From Armatimonadota bacterium (GTDB taxonomy: Bacteria; Armatimonadota; UBA5829; DSUL01): a stretch of 64,000 nt of DNA. Each line of letters opens with the position of its first letter. The first letter of the stretch is position 1. The stretch is from contig JBDHZC010000005.1 in NCBI GenBank assembly GCA_039811685.1, forward strand, positions 96,001 through 160,000. Direction: 5' to 3'. A program made the position numbers and the translations under genes. The notes beneath the pieces were generated by a model. The model was given only the letters and a program-made list of their open reading frames with translations, searched no databases and had not been told where the DNA came from. Of the stretch, positions 47,518 to 58,813 are shown piece by piece.

Positions 47518-49065
47518 ATGCCGAGTCAAGCCACAAGCGCAACTGCTTGCGCGGCCACACCACACCCACTCGCAGGAGAGACAGCTCACCAGATACTGGC
47601 GTCCGGTGGCAACGCCGTTGACGCTGCTGTAGCCGCGATGCTTACTCTGTCCGTTGTGATTCAGGGCTCCGTCGGGCTTGGAGGCTACGGTGGGAGTCTG
47701 GTGGTGTGTTTGAAGGACGGCAGCGTCGCGGCGCTCAACTTTGATTCCCACGCGCCAAAGGCCTACCGGAGGGAGCTCTTCGCCGGAAAAGCAGACGCTG
47801 AAGTATTTGGCTATCTCGCGATAAGTGTGCCGGCTGTTGTAGCGGGTCTGGCGGAGGCGTTGAGGCTGTGGGGCACGCTTTCGTGGGCGCAGGCGAGCGA
47901 GCACGCAATCAGAATTGCCTCCGAGGGCTTTCCAGTGGATGCAATTCTCAAGGCTCAGATGGAGACGATGGCCGCGGGTACGGACGCTGACTCTCGGCAG
48001 GCGATGTTTCCACAGGGGCGCACGCCAGAGGTGGGAGAAATCTTTGTTCAGCGGGACCTGGCTAATCTTCTGCAAAGTCTGGCGGACGAAGGACCGGAGA
48101 GCTTTTACAGGGGCGATCTGCCGAGCAGGCTGTGCACACATATTCAACAACACGGTGGGATATTGAGCGCTGAGGATTTCGATTACCAGCCAGAGCTCGT
48201 CCAACCGCTTCACGCCCACTACCGGGGACTGGATCTGTTCACACCGCCGCTGCCTTCCGGCGGCCTGACGACGCTGCAGATTCTGAAAGCGCTGAATCAC
48301 TTTGACATCCAGGGCTTGCGCGGGCGTGAGGCAGACTACTTTCATCTCTTCGCTGAAGTTGCAAAACTCTGCTGGCAGGATCGCGAAGCCCACTCCGCAG
48401 ACCCCAACTTCAGAGAGGTTCCGGTAGCGCAGATACTCTCAGACGAGCGCGCCGCAGACATTGCAGAGCAGATTTCATCTTGCGCCAACGCCGCGGAAAA
48501 GCCGAAAGAGGCGCCGGGGTCTTCACACACGGGCAACGTAGTCGTGAAGGATGCTGCGGGGAATATGGTCTCCCTCACGGCGACACAGGGCGGAATGTTT
48601 GGATCGCGCGTGGTCATTCCAGGGCTCGGCCTGGTGATGGGGCATGGCATGTCGCGCTTTGACAGCAACCCGGCAAGCCCGAATGCCGCGCAGCCGGGCA
48701 AGCGAATGTGCCACAACATGTCCCCTCTCCTGGCGCTTCAGAATGGAGGCGCGCATATCGGGCTGGGAATGCCGGGCGGGGAGACCATCGTTACAGTCAC
48801 AGCTCAGATGCTCATGAGTCTGGTAGATTTCCAGATGCAGCCACTGGACGCAGTCTGCCGCGCGCGTGTCCACGTTCAGTCTGCCGAGCCGCTGCAGGTC
48901 TGGAATGTAGAAGGCGATATTCGCTCCGAGCTTCGTCGCAAGGGACACAGCCTGCTAATCAAAGAAAGCATTGGCGGGCCCTGCAACGCACTTGCGGTTC
49001 ATCCTGAGACTGGGCAGATCACCGCCGCGTCCCAGGGCGAAGAAGGCTCAGCTATCGGCCTTTGA
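47518..49065 (+). CDS. ggt: Gamma-glutamyltransferase family protein
   Basis: GGNAVDAAVA, GLGGYG, HTGNVVV nucleophile Thr, PGKR, GMPGG. Confidence 0.9.
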   Translation: MPSQATSATACAATPHPLAGETAHQILASGGNAVDAAVAAMLTLSVVIQGSVGLGGYGGSLVVCLKDGSVAALNFDSHAPKAYRRELFAGKADAEVFGYLAISVPAVVAGLAEALRLWGTLSWAQASEHAIRIASEGFPVDAILKAQMETMAAGTDADSRQAMFPQGRTPEVGEIFVQRDLANLLQSLADEGPESFYRGDLPSRLCTHIQQHGGILSAEDFDYQPELVQPLHAHYRGLDLFTPPLPSGGLTTLQILKALNHFDIQGLRGREADYFHLFAEVAKLCWQDREAHSADPNFREVPVAQILSDERAADIAEQISSCANAAEKPKEAPGSSHTGNVVVKDAAGNMVSLTATQGGMFGSRVVIPGLGLVMGHGMSRFDSNPASPNAAQPGKRMCHNMSPLLALQNGGAHIGLGMPGGETIVTVTAQMLMSLVDFQMQPLDAVCRARVHVQSAEPLQVWNVEGDIRSELRRKGHSLLIKESIGGPCNALAVHPETGQITAASQGEEGSAIGL

Positions 49066-49114
49066 CACCAGCGCCGGTTAGACCGGTGGGCGGGCGCCAC
49101 GTCCGTACGAACGG

Positions 49115-50877
<1,763 letters not shown>

Positions 50878-50945
50878 TTTTTCAATTTCTCTGTACGCTT
50901 CGCCAGGTACACAGGCTCCGACATCGTCCAGAAAGAGGGAGAACC

Positions 50946-52229
50946 TCAGCTTCTCACGGGGCGAAGCGCGCTGCCGTTGAGCTCCCAGTCCCCGTGGCAG
51001 AACGCAAGACCGCTGCGCGGGTCCGGCACGCGTCCCGTGCCGTAAACGTCCATGGGCGACACAGTCAGCTGTGCGGCATTCTCAACATAGTCCGCAACTT
51101 CGCCGACCCGTCCAATCCAGATATGCACCCAGTATGTCCCATGCATCATCGGAAATCGGCGGAACGTGCAGCGGATTTTGCTGGGCCCGTCCAGGCTCAG
51201 CGGCGCGTTCACCTGCTCCCAGGAAAAACAGCGAATCGCCTGTGTGCTGAGTGAGTTTCCAACAAAGATGCCTACAATCGCATCCGGATAGCTTCCCTCC
51301 GTGTCCACTTCCACGCAGAAATCTCCACCCATCGGGACGCTGTCTGTGAGCTGATCCGCATCGTCCACAATACGCACCGCCACCGCACGCGCCGCGCCAT
51401 GACCCTGTCTGTCCTTGCGTTCGCGCAGGTCCTGAGACTGTGTGGCTCTTGAGGCTGAATACAGCCGGATCGCCTCAGCCGTGCTGCCGTCAAACTCCGA
51501 GCGTCCCTGTTTCAGCAGAATGGCGCGAGAGCACAAGGAGTCCACCGCCACCAGGTTGTGGCTGACGAAAAATACCGTGCGCCCCTCTCGTGAAGCCACA
51601 TCCTCCATCTTGCCCAGACACTTTTGCTGAAACTGCGCGTCTCCCACTGCGAGCACTTCGTCCACCACCAGAATCTCCGGCTCCAGGTGCGCCGCTACCG
51701 CAAAGGCCAGCCGGACATACATGCCCGATGAATAGCGCTTGACCGGCGTGTCCAGAAACTTCTCAATCTCCGCAAACTCCACAATCTCATCGAACTTGCG
51801 CCTGATCTCCGCTCTGGACATTCCGAGAACCGCGCCGTTGAGGAAGATGTTCTCGCGTCCAGTCAGTTCCGGATGAAACCCCGTGCCCACCTCCAGCAGG
51901 CTGGCCACGCGACCCCGCACGCGAAAGCGCCCCTCGGAGGGCTCGGTGATGCGGCTGAGCAGCTTCAGAAGTGTAGATTTGCCCGCCCCGTTGCGCCCGA
52001 TTATGCCCACAGCCTCCCCGTGACGCACTTCGAAGGAGATATCTCTGAGTGCCCAGAACTCCTCCCGCGTCATCTTCGCAGAACCGCGCCGCAGCGTGAA
52101 CAGAGATTTCGCGCCCTGCGCTAACACATCGCGCAGAGCCGTATAGCGCGCCTGCCCCTGACTCTGGTGGCCAATGATGTACTTCTTGCCCAGCCCTTCC
52201 GCCCGGATTGCCAGCTCTTCAGATGACAT
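50946..52229 (-). CDS. wzt: Polysaccharide ABC exporter ATP-binding subunit with C-terminal carbohydrate-binding domain
   Basis: GRNGAGKST, YSSGMYVRL, VDEVLAVGD; C-terminal extension. Confidence 0.92.
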   Translation of the reverse strand: MSSEELAIRAEGLGKKYIIGHQSQGQARYTALRDVLAQGAKSLFTLRRGSAKMTREEFWALRDISFEVRHGEAVGIIGRNGAGKSTLLKLLSRITEPSEGRFRVRGRVASLLEVGTGFHPELTGRENIFLNGAVLGMSRAEIRRKFDEIVEFAEIEKFLDTPVKRYSSGMYVRLAFAVAAHLEPEILVVDEVLAVGDAQFQQKCLGKMEDVASREGRTVFFVSHNLVAVDSLCSRAILLKQGRSEFDGSTAEAIRLYSASRATQSQDLRERKDRQGHGAARAVAVRIVDDADQLTDSVPMGGDFCVEVDTEGSYPDAIVGIFVGNSLSTQAIRCFSWEQVNAPLSLDGPSKIRCTFRRFPMMHGTYWVHIWIGRVGEVADYVENAAQLTVSPMDVYGTGRVPDPRSGLAFCHGDWELNGSALRPVRS

Positions 52230-53043
52230 CGGCAAAAGTCTTCTCCGTGCGGCGAAAATACCAGATCGCCCCCACCAGCAAGCACACTGTGGCGACAACC
52301 GACATCACAAGGCCGGGCAGGTACAGCTCAAAGTTGCGTCCCAGAATAGCCCATCGAAAGCCATCAATGACACCTACCATCGGATTGATCGAGTAGATCA
52401 GCCGCCACCTGGCGGGGACAATGTCGCTTGTAAAGCCCACCGGCGATATGTAGGTCCCGAACTGCACAATAAAGGGGACGATGTAGCGAAAGTCGCGATA
52501 CTTGACATTCAAAGCCGCCAGCCACAGCCCGGCGCCCGCCGCCGCGCCTCCCGCCAGCAGGACGAAGGCGGGAATGAAGAGGATGCGCCCGGACGGCGCA
52601 AACCGGTAGAGCGCCATCAAGACTCCCAGGAGAGCCGCTGAGATCAGCAGATCCACAAAGCTGACGATGACCGAGCTGGCAGGCACGATGATGCGCGGGA
52701 AGTACACCTTGCTGATCAGTTTTTCGTTGTTGAGCAGGCTGTTGGAAGACTCACTCAGCGCATTGGAGAAAAACTGCCACGGAAGCATCGCCGCAAAAAC
52801 CAGCAGCGGATACGGAACGCCCTGCGAAGGCAGTCTGGCGAAGCGCCCGAAAACAACGGTGAGGATGAGCATGGTCAGCAGTGGCCGCAGCACGCTCCAG
52901 GCGACGCCGATCACCGTCTGTTTGTAGCGCACCAGAACGTCGCGCCACGCCAGGAAGTAAAACAGCTCCCTGTAGCGCCACAAGTCCCGCCAGTACAGCC
53001 TCTCGCCCCGGCCGGCCTCAACCAGTAACTCTTGTGTGCTCAT
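52219..53043 (-). CDS. wzm: Polysaccharide ABC exporter permease
   Basis: RDVLVRYKQT, KVYFPR, YRDFRY, INPM. Confidence 0.92.
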   Translation of the reverse strand: MSTQELLVEAGRGERLYWRDLWRYRELFYFLAWRDVLVRYKQTVIGVAWSVLRPLLTMLILTVVFGRFARLPSQGVPYPLLVFAAMLPWQFFSNALSESSNSLLNNEKLISKVYFPRIIVPASSVIVSFVDLLISAALLGVLMALYRFAPSGRILFIPAFVLLAGGAAAGAGLWLAALNVKYRDFRYIVPFIVQFGTYISPVGFTSDIVPARWRLIYSINPMVGVIDGFRWAILGRNFELYLPGLVMSVVATVCLLVGAIWYFRRTEKTFADVI

Positions 53044-53314
53044 AGATAGAAGGACGAACAACCCCGCTTCCGCAGCGCACAGCTCCGCCGAAGGTGGGCA
53101 CGGAGCGCAGAAACGCCGGGAGCAGGCAACACTGCCCGGGCACGAGGAGTTTAGCCGGAACCAGCCCGCGCGCGCAACGCAGGAGGCCAGCCCTTGTCCT
53201 TCCAGCCACAAGTGTGCTCTAACTGCACACGGCAAATCTCTCCGGGTACAGAGAGCAACTGGAACTAACCAGGAGACAATTCGCTGTTATGTGTTCAGAA
53301 CGGCCTTGCGAACG

Positions 53315-54847
53315 CTAGGCCCAGTACTTGCGGTCCAGGCTGCGGTACTGGATCGCTTCGGCGACGTGAGCCGCGGTGATTTCGTCGGAGTCCGCGAGAT
53401 CGGCGATCGTGCGGCCGACCTTCAGAATGCGGTCATAGGCTCTTGCCGAGAGATTCAACTGACTGATAGCGTTCCTCAAAATGTCTCTAACGGGCTGCCC
53501 GACCTGACAGTACTGTTTGATCTGCCGAGTCTGCATCTGGGCGTTGGTGAAGAAGCCCGTTCCGCGATAGCGCTCATTCTGACGCTGACGCGCGCGTCTG
53601 ACACGGTCGCGAATCGAGGATGAAGGCTCCCCGCTCTCCTGTTGCATCAGTTCATCCTGCTTCAGGCGCGGCACCTCCACGTGAATGTCCAGCCTGTCCA
53701 GCAACGGACCGGATATCCTCTGCAGGTACTGCCGGATTTGGCGCGGCGTGCAGGTGCAGGAAACAGCCAGATCGTTGAAATACCCGCACGGGCACGGATT
53801 CATACTGGCGACCAGCATGAACCTGGCGGGGTAGGTTAGCGACCCGGACGCGCGGCTGATGGTGACAACGCCATCTTCCAGCGGCTGGCGCAACACTTCC
53901 AGCACGTCCCGCCGGAACTCCGGCAGCTCATCCAGAAAGAGCACTCCGTGATGCGCAAGACTCACCTCTCCGGGCCTCGGATGCGCTCCTCCTCCGGAGA
54001 GGCCGGCATTGGAGATGGTGTGGTGCGGGCTGCGAAAGGCGCGCCTGGTAACCAGGGCCTCATCCTGTTGCATAAGTCCCGCCACCGAGTACAGCTTTGT
54101 CGTCTCCAGCGCCTCCTCCAGAGTCAGGCTGGGGAGGATGGTCGGCAGACGGCGCGCGAGCATGGTTTTCCCAGAGCCAGGTGGCCCGATCATCAGCACG
54201 TTGTGACCACCGGCAGCCGAGACCTCCAGCGCCCGCTTCACCTGCTGCTGACTTTTGACGTCTGAGAAGCAGACCGGGTAAGGAGGCTCCTGGAGTTCGA
54301 CGTCGGCGATCGAAGCCTGGATGGGCTCTGCGGCGAATCCACTTTGAATGAGTTCGTACACTTCAGCCAGATTGCTGACACCATAGACGGGCGGCCCCTG
54401 GACAATAGCGCCTTCGCCTGCGTTGCTCACCGGCACAATGAGGCGCTTCACTCCGTCACACTTGGCTTTGATTGCAATGGGCAGAACACCCTGCGTGCTG
54501 CGCACAGATCCGTCCAGAGACAGCTCTCCAAGAAAGAGACACCCTTCCAGCTTGTCTATCTCTATCTGTCCGGTAGCCGCCAGCAGGCCCATAGCAATGG
54601 GCAGATCAAAGGATGGCCCTTCTTTGCGGACATCTGCCGGCGCAAGGTTGATGGTGATGCGCCGCTGGGGAAAATCGAAACCGGAGTTTTTAACGGCGCT
54701 GCGGACGCGCTCACGGGATTCCTGCACGGCCGTATCTGGCAGGCCAACGATGGTAAATGCGGGGAGTCCTCCCAGCAGATCCACTTCGACGTCAACTAAG
54801 TAGGCGTCCACGCCCAGGACTGCGCTGGATGTTATACGTGCAAGCAT
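53315..54847 (-). CDS. comM: YifB/ComM Mg-chelatase-like AAA ATPase
   Basis: VGLPD, NLAPAD, GPPGSGKT, FRSPHH, LDELPEF, SARAYDRIL. Confidence 0.95.
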   Translation of the reverse strand: MLARITSSAVLGVDAYLVDVEVDLLGGLPAFTIVGLPDTAVQESRERVRSAVKNSGFDFPQRRITINLAPADVRKEGPSFDLPIAMGLLAATGQIEIDKLEGCLFLGELSLDGSVRSTQGVLPIAIKAKCDGVKRLIVPVSNAGEGAIVQGPPVYGVSNLAEVYELIQSGFAAEPIQASIADVELQEPPYPVCFSDVKSQQQVKRALEVSAAGGHNVLMIGPPGSGKTMLARRLPTILPSLTLEEALETTKLYSVAGLMQQDEALVTRRAFRSPHHTISNAGLSGGGAHPRPGEVSLAHHGVLFLDELPEFRRDVLEVLRQPLEDGVVTISRASGSLTYPARFMLVASMNPCPCGYFNDLAVSCTCTPRQIRQYLQRISGPLLDRLDIHVEVPRLKQDELMQQESGEPSSSIRDRVRRARQRQNERYRGTGFFTNAQMQTRQIKQYCQVGQPVRDILRNAISQLNLSARAYDRILKVGRTIADLADSDEITAAHVAEAIQYRSLDRKYWA

Positions 54848-54875
54848 AGATGGAGCCCCGAGCCGGGGACGCTCC

Positions 54876-54905
54876 ATTATAAGTCGCGGCCTGACCCGCC
54901 GTCAA
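54876..54905 (-). promoter_or_regulatory. Sigma-70-type promoter for comM
   Basis: TTGACG-N18-TATAAT; the -10 box overlaps the ORF-track ATG, so the true start is 54847. Confidence 0.65.
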
Positions 54906-55210
54906 TTCATACGCCTTGCCCCATCCAAGATCAAACCAGAAAAATCGGAGAGGCCACACGGAATGAAAACAGCCTGGGGAGCAATTCGTGGAAGCCAACG
55001 TGGGTCCGTACCGTGGCGTTTTTTTAGTGTGATGCCGGCTTTTTCCAGCGCAGCGTCACTCGATTAGCCGTATGTTCAACTGTCCGAAACCGTAGCTCTG
55101 GCTTCGGAATTACGAGGTCTCTGGTCTGCTCCTGGTCGGCGCTGTGCGCACATGAGTCAGTCTCTGTGATATGCTGTCAAGTCTTGCGAAACTGTGGACG
55201 ACACTAATGG

Positions 55211-55948
55211 TTGCCGGTATTGCCTGAGATTTCCTACGATACATCCATCTTCCTGGCCTTCATTCTTGGAGCCTTTCACGTGCTGGAACCGGCGCACGGC
55301 CGCAGCATTATCCATGCGCTGCTCGTGGGGTCGCGTGGCAGCAAGCTGGACGTGGTGAAGTTTGGCTCTGCCGTCATGGTCTCCCATCTGGGCCTGGCTA
55401 CGGTGCTGGCCGTAATCGTGTGGTTTGCGGGGGAGCGCGTGGGCTCGCAGGTTGTCGCCCCGGCGTTCAAGATCATCGGTTCACTGGCGACGGTGGGAAT
55501 CGGTGTTTTCATGCTCACGTGTGGCGTCGGGCGCCACACCACTTGCGTTCACAAACATCACGGTATCGAGTTCGAGCATGACCCGGCGCACGAAGAAATC
55601 CACGCGCGACACATGCTGCAGGCGCATGTTGTCAACCCAACAATTCTGGGTGTAACGGGCGGCCTCATTCCCTGTCAGGGAACTATCGCGCTCATCACTC
55701 TTGCTGTAGGCGCCGGGCGGCTTCAGTCCGCAATCTGGCTTCTTCTGTCGTTTGCTCTCGGACTTGGGCTGTGTCTGATGGTTGTGGGGCTGATTACGGC
55801 TATGGGTCGCGCTCGGGCCGAGTCTCTGTCGCAGAAGCTCGGAGGTTCAACAGCGCTGGCGCTTGCGCCAGGTGTGGTCGTTGCGCTGATGGGCTTGATT
55901 TCGCTGGGCTTTTCGGTAGCCGAAATTACAAGCGGGCACGTTCACTGA
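55211..55948 (+). CDS. RcnA/NicO-like nickel/cobalt transporter
   Basis: GAFHVLEPAHG, His-rich loop, GGLIPC, about six TM segments. Confidence 0.8.
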   Translation: MPVLPEISYDTSIFLAFILGAFHVLEPAHGRSIIHALLVGSRGSKLDVVKFGSAVMVSHLGLATVLAVIVWFAGERVGSQVVAPAFKIIGSLATVGIGVFMLTCGVGRHTTCVHKHHGIEFEHDPAHEEIHARHMLQAHVVNPTILGVTGGLIPCQGTIALITLAVGAGRLQSAIWLLLSFALGLGLCLMVVGLITAMGRARAESLSQKLGGSTALALAPGVVVALMGLISLGFSVAEITSGHVH

Positions 55949-55981
55949 GACTTTCAGCAAAGCCCTCTCTTCCCGGAAAAA

Positions 55982-58813
55982 CTACAGCTCCACCAGAGCG
56001 AAGTGCTCGTGGAACCATTCGGGGTCTTCCCGCTCCATCAGACGGTGGCGGTCTTCGTGGCAGGTCACCAGAATCACCTGGTTGTCCTGATTGACCCGCT
56101 CCGCCAACAGACGCATTCCCTTGCGGAAGCGCGGATCGTCCCAGGTCAGAAACGGGTCGTCGAGGAGGATTGGCACAGCTTCATCGCGTGACAGAGCGCG
56201 GCAGATACCGGTCCTGGCGGCAAACCACACCTGATCTCTGGCGCCCGAAGACAGGTGCGCGCTTGCTTCCAGCATATCCAGCCAGCGCCCGGACGAAGCG
56301 TCACGCACTTTGAAAGAGAGGTCTTCGGAGAAGACCACGTCCGACCAGTTTACGTCAAGCTCCTTGAGCATGCCATTCGCCGCAGAGTTGAGCCACAGCG
56401 CCCACTGTCTGCGAGCGTTCTCTCCCACATCCGAGAGTACGCCAATAGCAATTTCAGCGGCTTTTTGAAATCTCTGAGCGCGGTCGAGATAGGCCTGCAA
56501 CCGGGCAGCGTCGTCTTCCACCTGCGGGAGGTCCTGCCGGATACGGTTCAGCGTCTCCCACAGCCCGGCGGATAACTCCGTGTGGCGGGCGGTAGTGAAC
56601 TGAAGCTGAGACCGAATCTCGTCAAGACGCGCGCGCGCCTGTCCGGCGGCCTGAGAGGTCTGAGGCCCCGTCCGCAAGCCAACCAGACGTGTCTCAAGCT
56701 CGGCCTTTTCACTCAGCAACGCGCTGAGTTCCTCGCCGGGGATCAGTCCCACCTGTCTGGCCGGAAGAAGCTCACTTGTCAGATAGTGATAGCGCCGTGT
56801 TTTTTCCGCCTGCTCGACGAACTGTGCCGTCGCCTCATCCAGCCCGCCCTGTGGTGGGATGCCGGCTTTCTGGAGGATTTCCAGAATCTCCTGTTTTTGT
56901 CTGCTGAGCTGCTCGCGCAGCGCTTCTACTTCACTTGAGAGCGTGTCATATCGCGCTTTGATCTGAGCGCGCTCGCGTGAAAGCTCCATCATCTGCGATG
57001 CTGCCAGAGCCAGGCGCTGAATCTCTGTGGAGTTTGTTTCCGCCGTCGAGAGCTGCTGCCCACATTCTGCGGCCACGGATATCGCTTTGAACTGCGCCGC
57101 TTCGAGCCTCTCGGACATCTCACGCATGCTGGTGTGCACGCGCGCCCATTCCCGGATCAAATGCCGATTGCCGACGTACTGCAGCCAGTCCTCGGCTGCC
57201 GCGCGTCCGGACTCGAGTCCCAGATTCTGAGCTGCCTTGTCCGCCTTTTTGTGCAGCTCTTCCAACTCCGCAGAGCGTTTGGCGTACTCCAGGGCAATTT
57301 CTCCCAGACTCTTATCCAGAGACGCAATTTCTGTTTTTCGCGAGAGAGCCTGGTTGGCCTGCACAGCGCAAAGCAGCAGAAACAGCGCAGACAGCCCCGT
57401 GCACACATAGAAAACCGGCCCCACGCCCGCAAACAGCGACACCCCGCCAAAGGCCGCGGCGCACACCATCAGAAAGGCAGACACGACAGCAAACCGTTTG
57501 TGCAGCGCCTTTCGCTTGAGCAGGCCGTCTTTCGCGCCGTTCTTCTCCTCTTCACTGCGGCGGTAGCCTTCGCGATCCTGATCGTACACGCGTGTGCGCT
57601 CGATCCACGTCGTAATCGCCAACTGATCGTCATACAAAGCGGAGTCAAAGCAGTTGTACAGCCGCTCCGCGCTCTTTTCCGTCAAAGAGTTCTGATCCAG
57701 CAGACGCCCTAAGGACTCCAGCTGCCCCTTCACCGCCTTTTGATCGCGCTCCAGCTCTCTGAGAACCGTCGCCGAGTCGCGCAGCAGATCGGCCTGCGTC
57801 TGTCCCGCCTCTGCCAGCAGCCCAGCCTGTCCAAGTTCTCCCTCCAGCTCATCGAGCTTGCCTTTGATCTCCTCGAGCTGCGTGTCCTTTTCCAGAAGTA
57901 CGGGAGCATTCGTCTGAACGGAGATGGCCAGGCGAGTCAGAGTGTCCTGGCTGGCCTGCGGAAAGTCTTTGAGGTATTCCAGAGCTTCCGCCTCCTGCTG
58001 AAGGCCGAGGGATTCCATTTCTGAGTGCTGATGCCGGGCGAGACGCTCATTGATCTCGGCAAGCCGCAGGCGGGCCTCTTCAGCGCCAGCTTCTTCTTCC
58101 TCTGCCTTAAGCGCCTCGATACGGCGCTCAAGGTCTTCCATTTCCGCGATTTCCGCCGAACGCTGCGCCCGCTGCGCTTCCATTTCCGTTTTGCGCGTCT
58201 CAGCCTCGCTCAGTTGAGCCTGCGCTCGGGCAATGGCCGTCGAGAGCAAAACCAGATTGCCGTTCGGATCGCGGTAGCGCTGCGTAGAGTGTTCAATGAG
58301 CTTGGCCGCCGCTTCTGCTGTCAGCTCTGATCCGGACAGCAACTCTTCCAGCCGCTCGCGCACACCGCCGGAATCACTGAGCTGCAGCGTCTCCTTGCCT
58401 GAAATGCACGACAGCCGCCTGAAGTCCTCCGCGCTTATGCCCAGCCAGGCGCGCGCGCCTTCCCCGTTTGTTGAAGGAGTGAGGTCTTCTCCGCTGGTAA
58501 GGTTCATGGCTTGATAGCGCTTGCCGCCAAAATCCCGAATGAGCCGGACATGCGAACTCTGCACCTCCACATCCAGCTCTAGCCCGAACTCTTCAGACTC
58601 CCAGGGCTCATACACTGTTTTGAGCGGCACTTTGGTTCTGGAGGCGCGCTCCTTCTCCGGCAGGCCGTAAAGCCCTGCAATAATCGCTTCGAGCAGAGCA
58701 GTCTTCCCACTCTCGTTAGGGCGGGCAATCAATGCGACCTTATTCTCAGGCAAATGGATTTCGCGGTTGATCAACTTTCCAAAACCGCGAACCAGCAGCT
58801 TCTTAATGCGCAT
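55982..58813 (-). CDS. Rad50/SbcC-like (YhaN-type) coiled-coil ABC ATPase
   Basis: GFGK, PNESGKT, LSSGARDQ, ILLDDPF, VTCH; long coiled coil with central hydrophobic hairpin. Confidence 0.9.
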   Translation of the reverse strand: MRIKKLLVRGFGKLINREIHLPENKVALIARPNESGKTALLEAIIAGLYGLPEKERASRTKVPLKTVYEPWESEEFGLELDVEVQSSHVRLIRDFGGKRYQAMNLTSGEDLTPSTNGEGARAWLGISAEDFRRLSCISGKETLQLSDSGGVRERLEELLSGSELTAEAAAKLIEHSTQRYRDPNGNLVLLSTAIARAQAQLSEAETRKTEMEAQRAQRSAEIAEMEDLERRIEALKAEEEEAGAEEARLRLAEINERLARHQHSEMESLGLQQEAEALEYLKDFPQASQDTLTRLAISVQTNAPVLLEKDTQLEEIKGKLDELEGELGQAGLLAEAGQTQADLLRDSATVLRELERDQKAVKGQLESLGRLLDQNSLTEKSAERLYNCFDSALYDDQLAITTWIERTRVYDQDREGYRRSEEEKNGAKDGLLKRKALHKRFAVVSAFLMVCAAAFGGVSLFAGVGPVFYVCTGLSALFLLLCAVQANQALSRKTEIASLDKSLGEIALEYAKRSAELEELHKKADKAAQNLGLESGRAAAEDWLQYVGNRHLIREWARVHTSMREMSERLEAAQFKAISVAAECGQQLSTAETNSTEIQRLALAASQMMELSRERAQIKARYDTLSSEVEALREQLSRQKQEILEILQKAGIPPQGGLDEATAQFVEQAEKTRRYHYLTSELLPARQVGLIPGEELSALLSEKAELETRLVGLRTGPQTSQAAGQARARLDEIRSQLQFTTARHTELSAGLWETLNRIRQDLPQVEDDAARLQAYLDRAQRFQKAAEIAIGVLSDVGENARRQWALWLNSAANGMLKELDVNWSDVVFSEDLSFKVRDASSGRWLDMLEASAHLSSGARDQVWFAARTGICRALSRDEAVPILLDDPFLTWDDPRFRKGMRLLAERVNQDNQVILVTCHEDRHRLMEREDPEWFHEHFALVEL

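Noticed and set aside
53044..53314. ops/JUMPstart element upstream of wzm
   Set aside because: No GGCGGTAG match on the coding strand.
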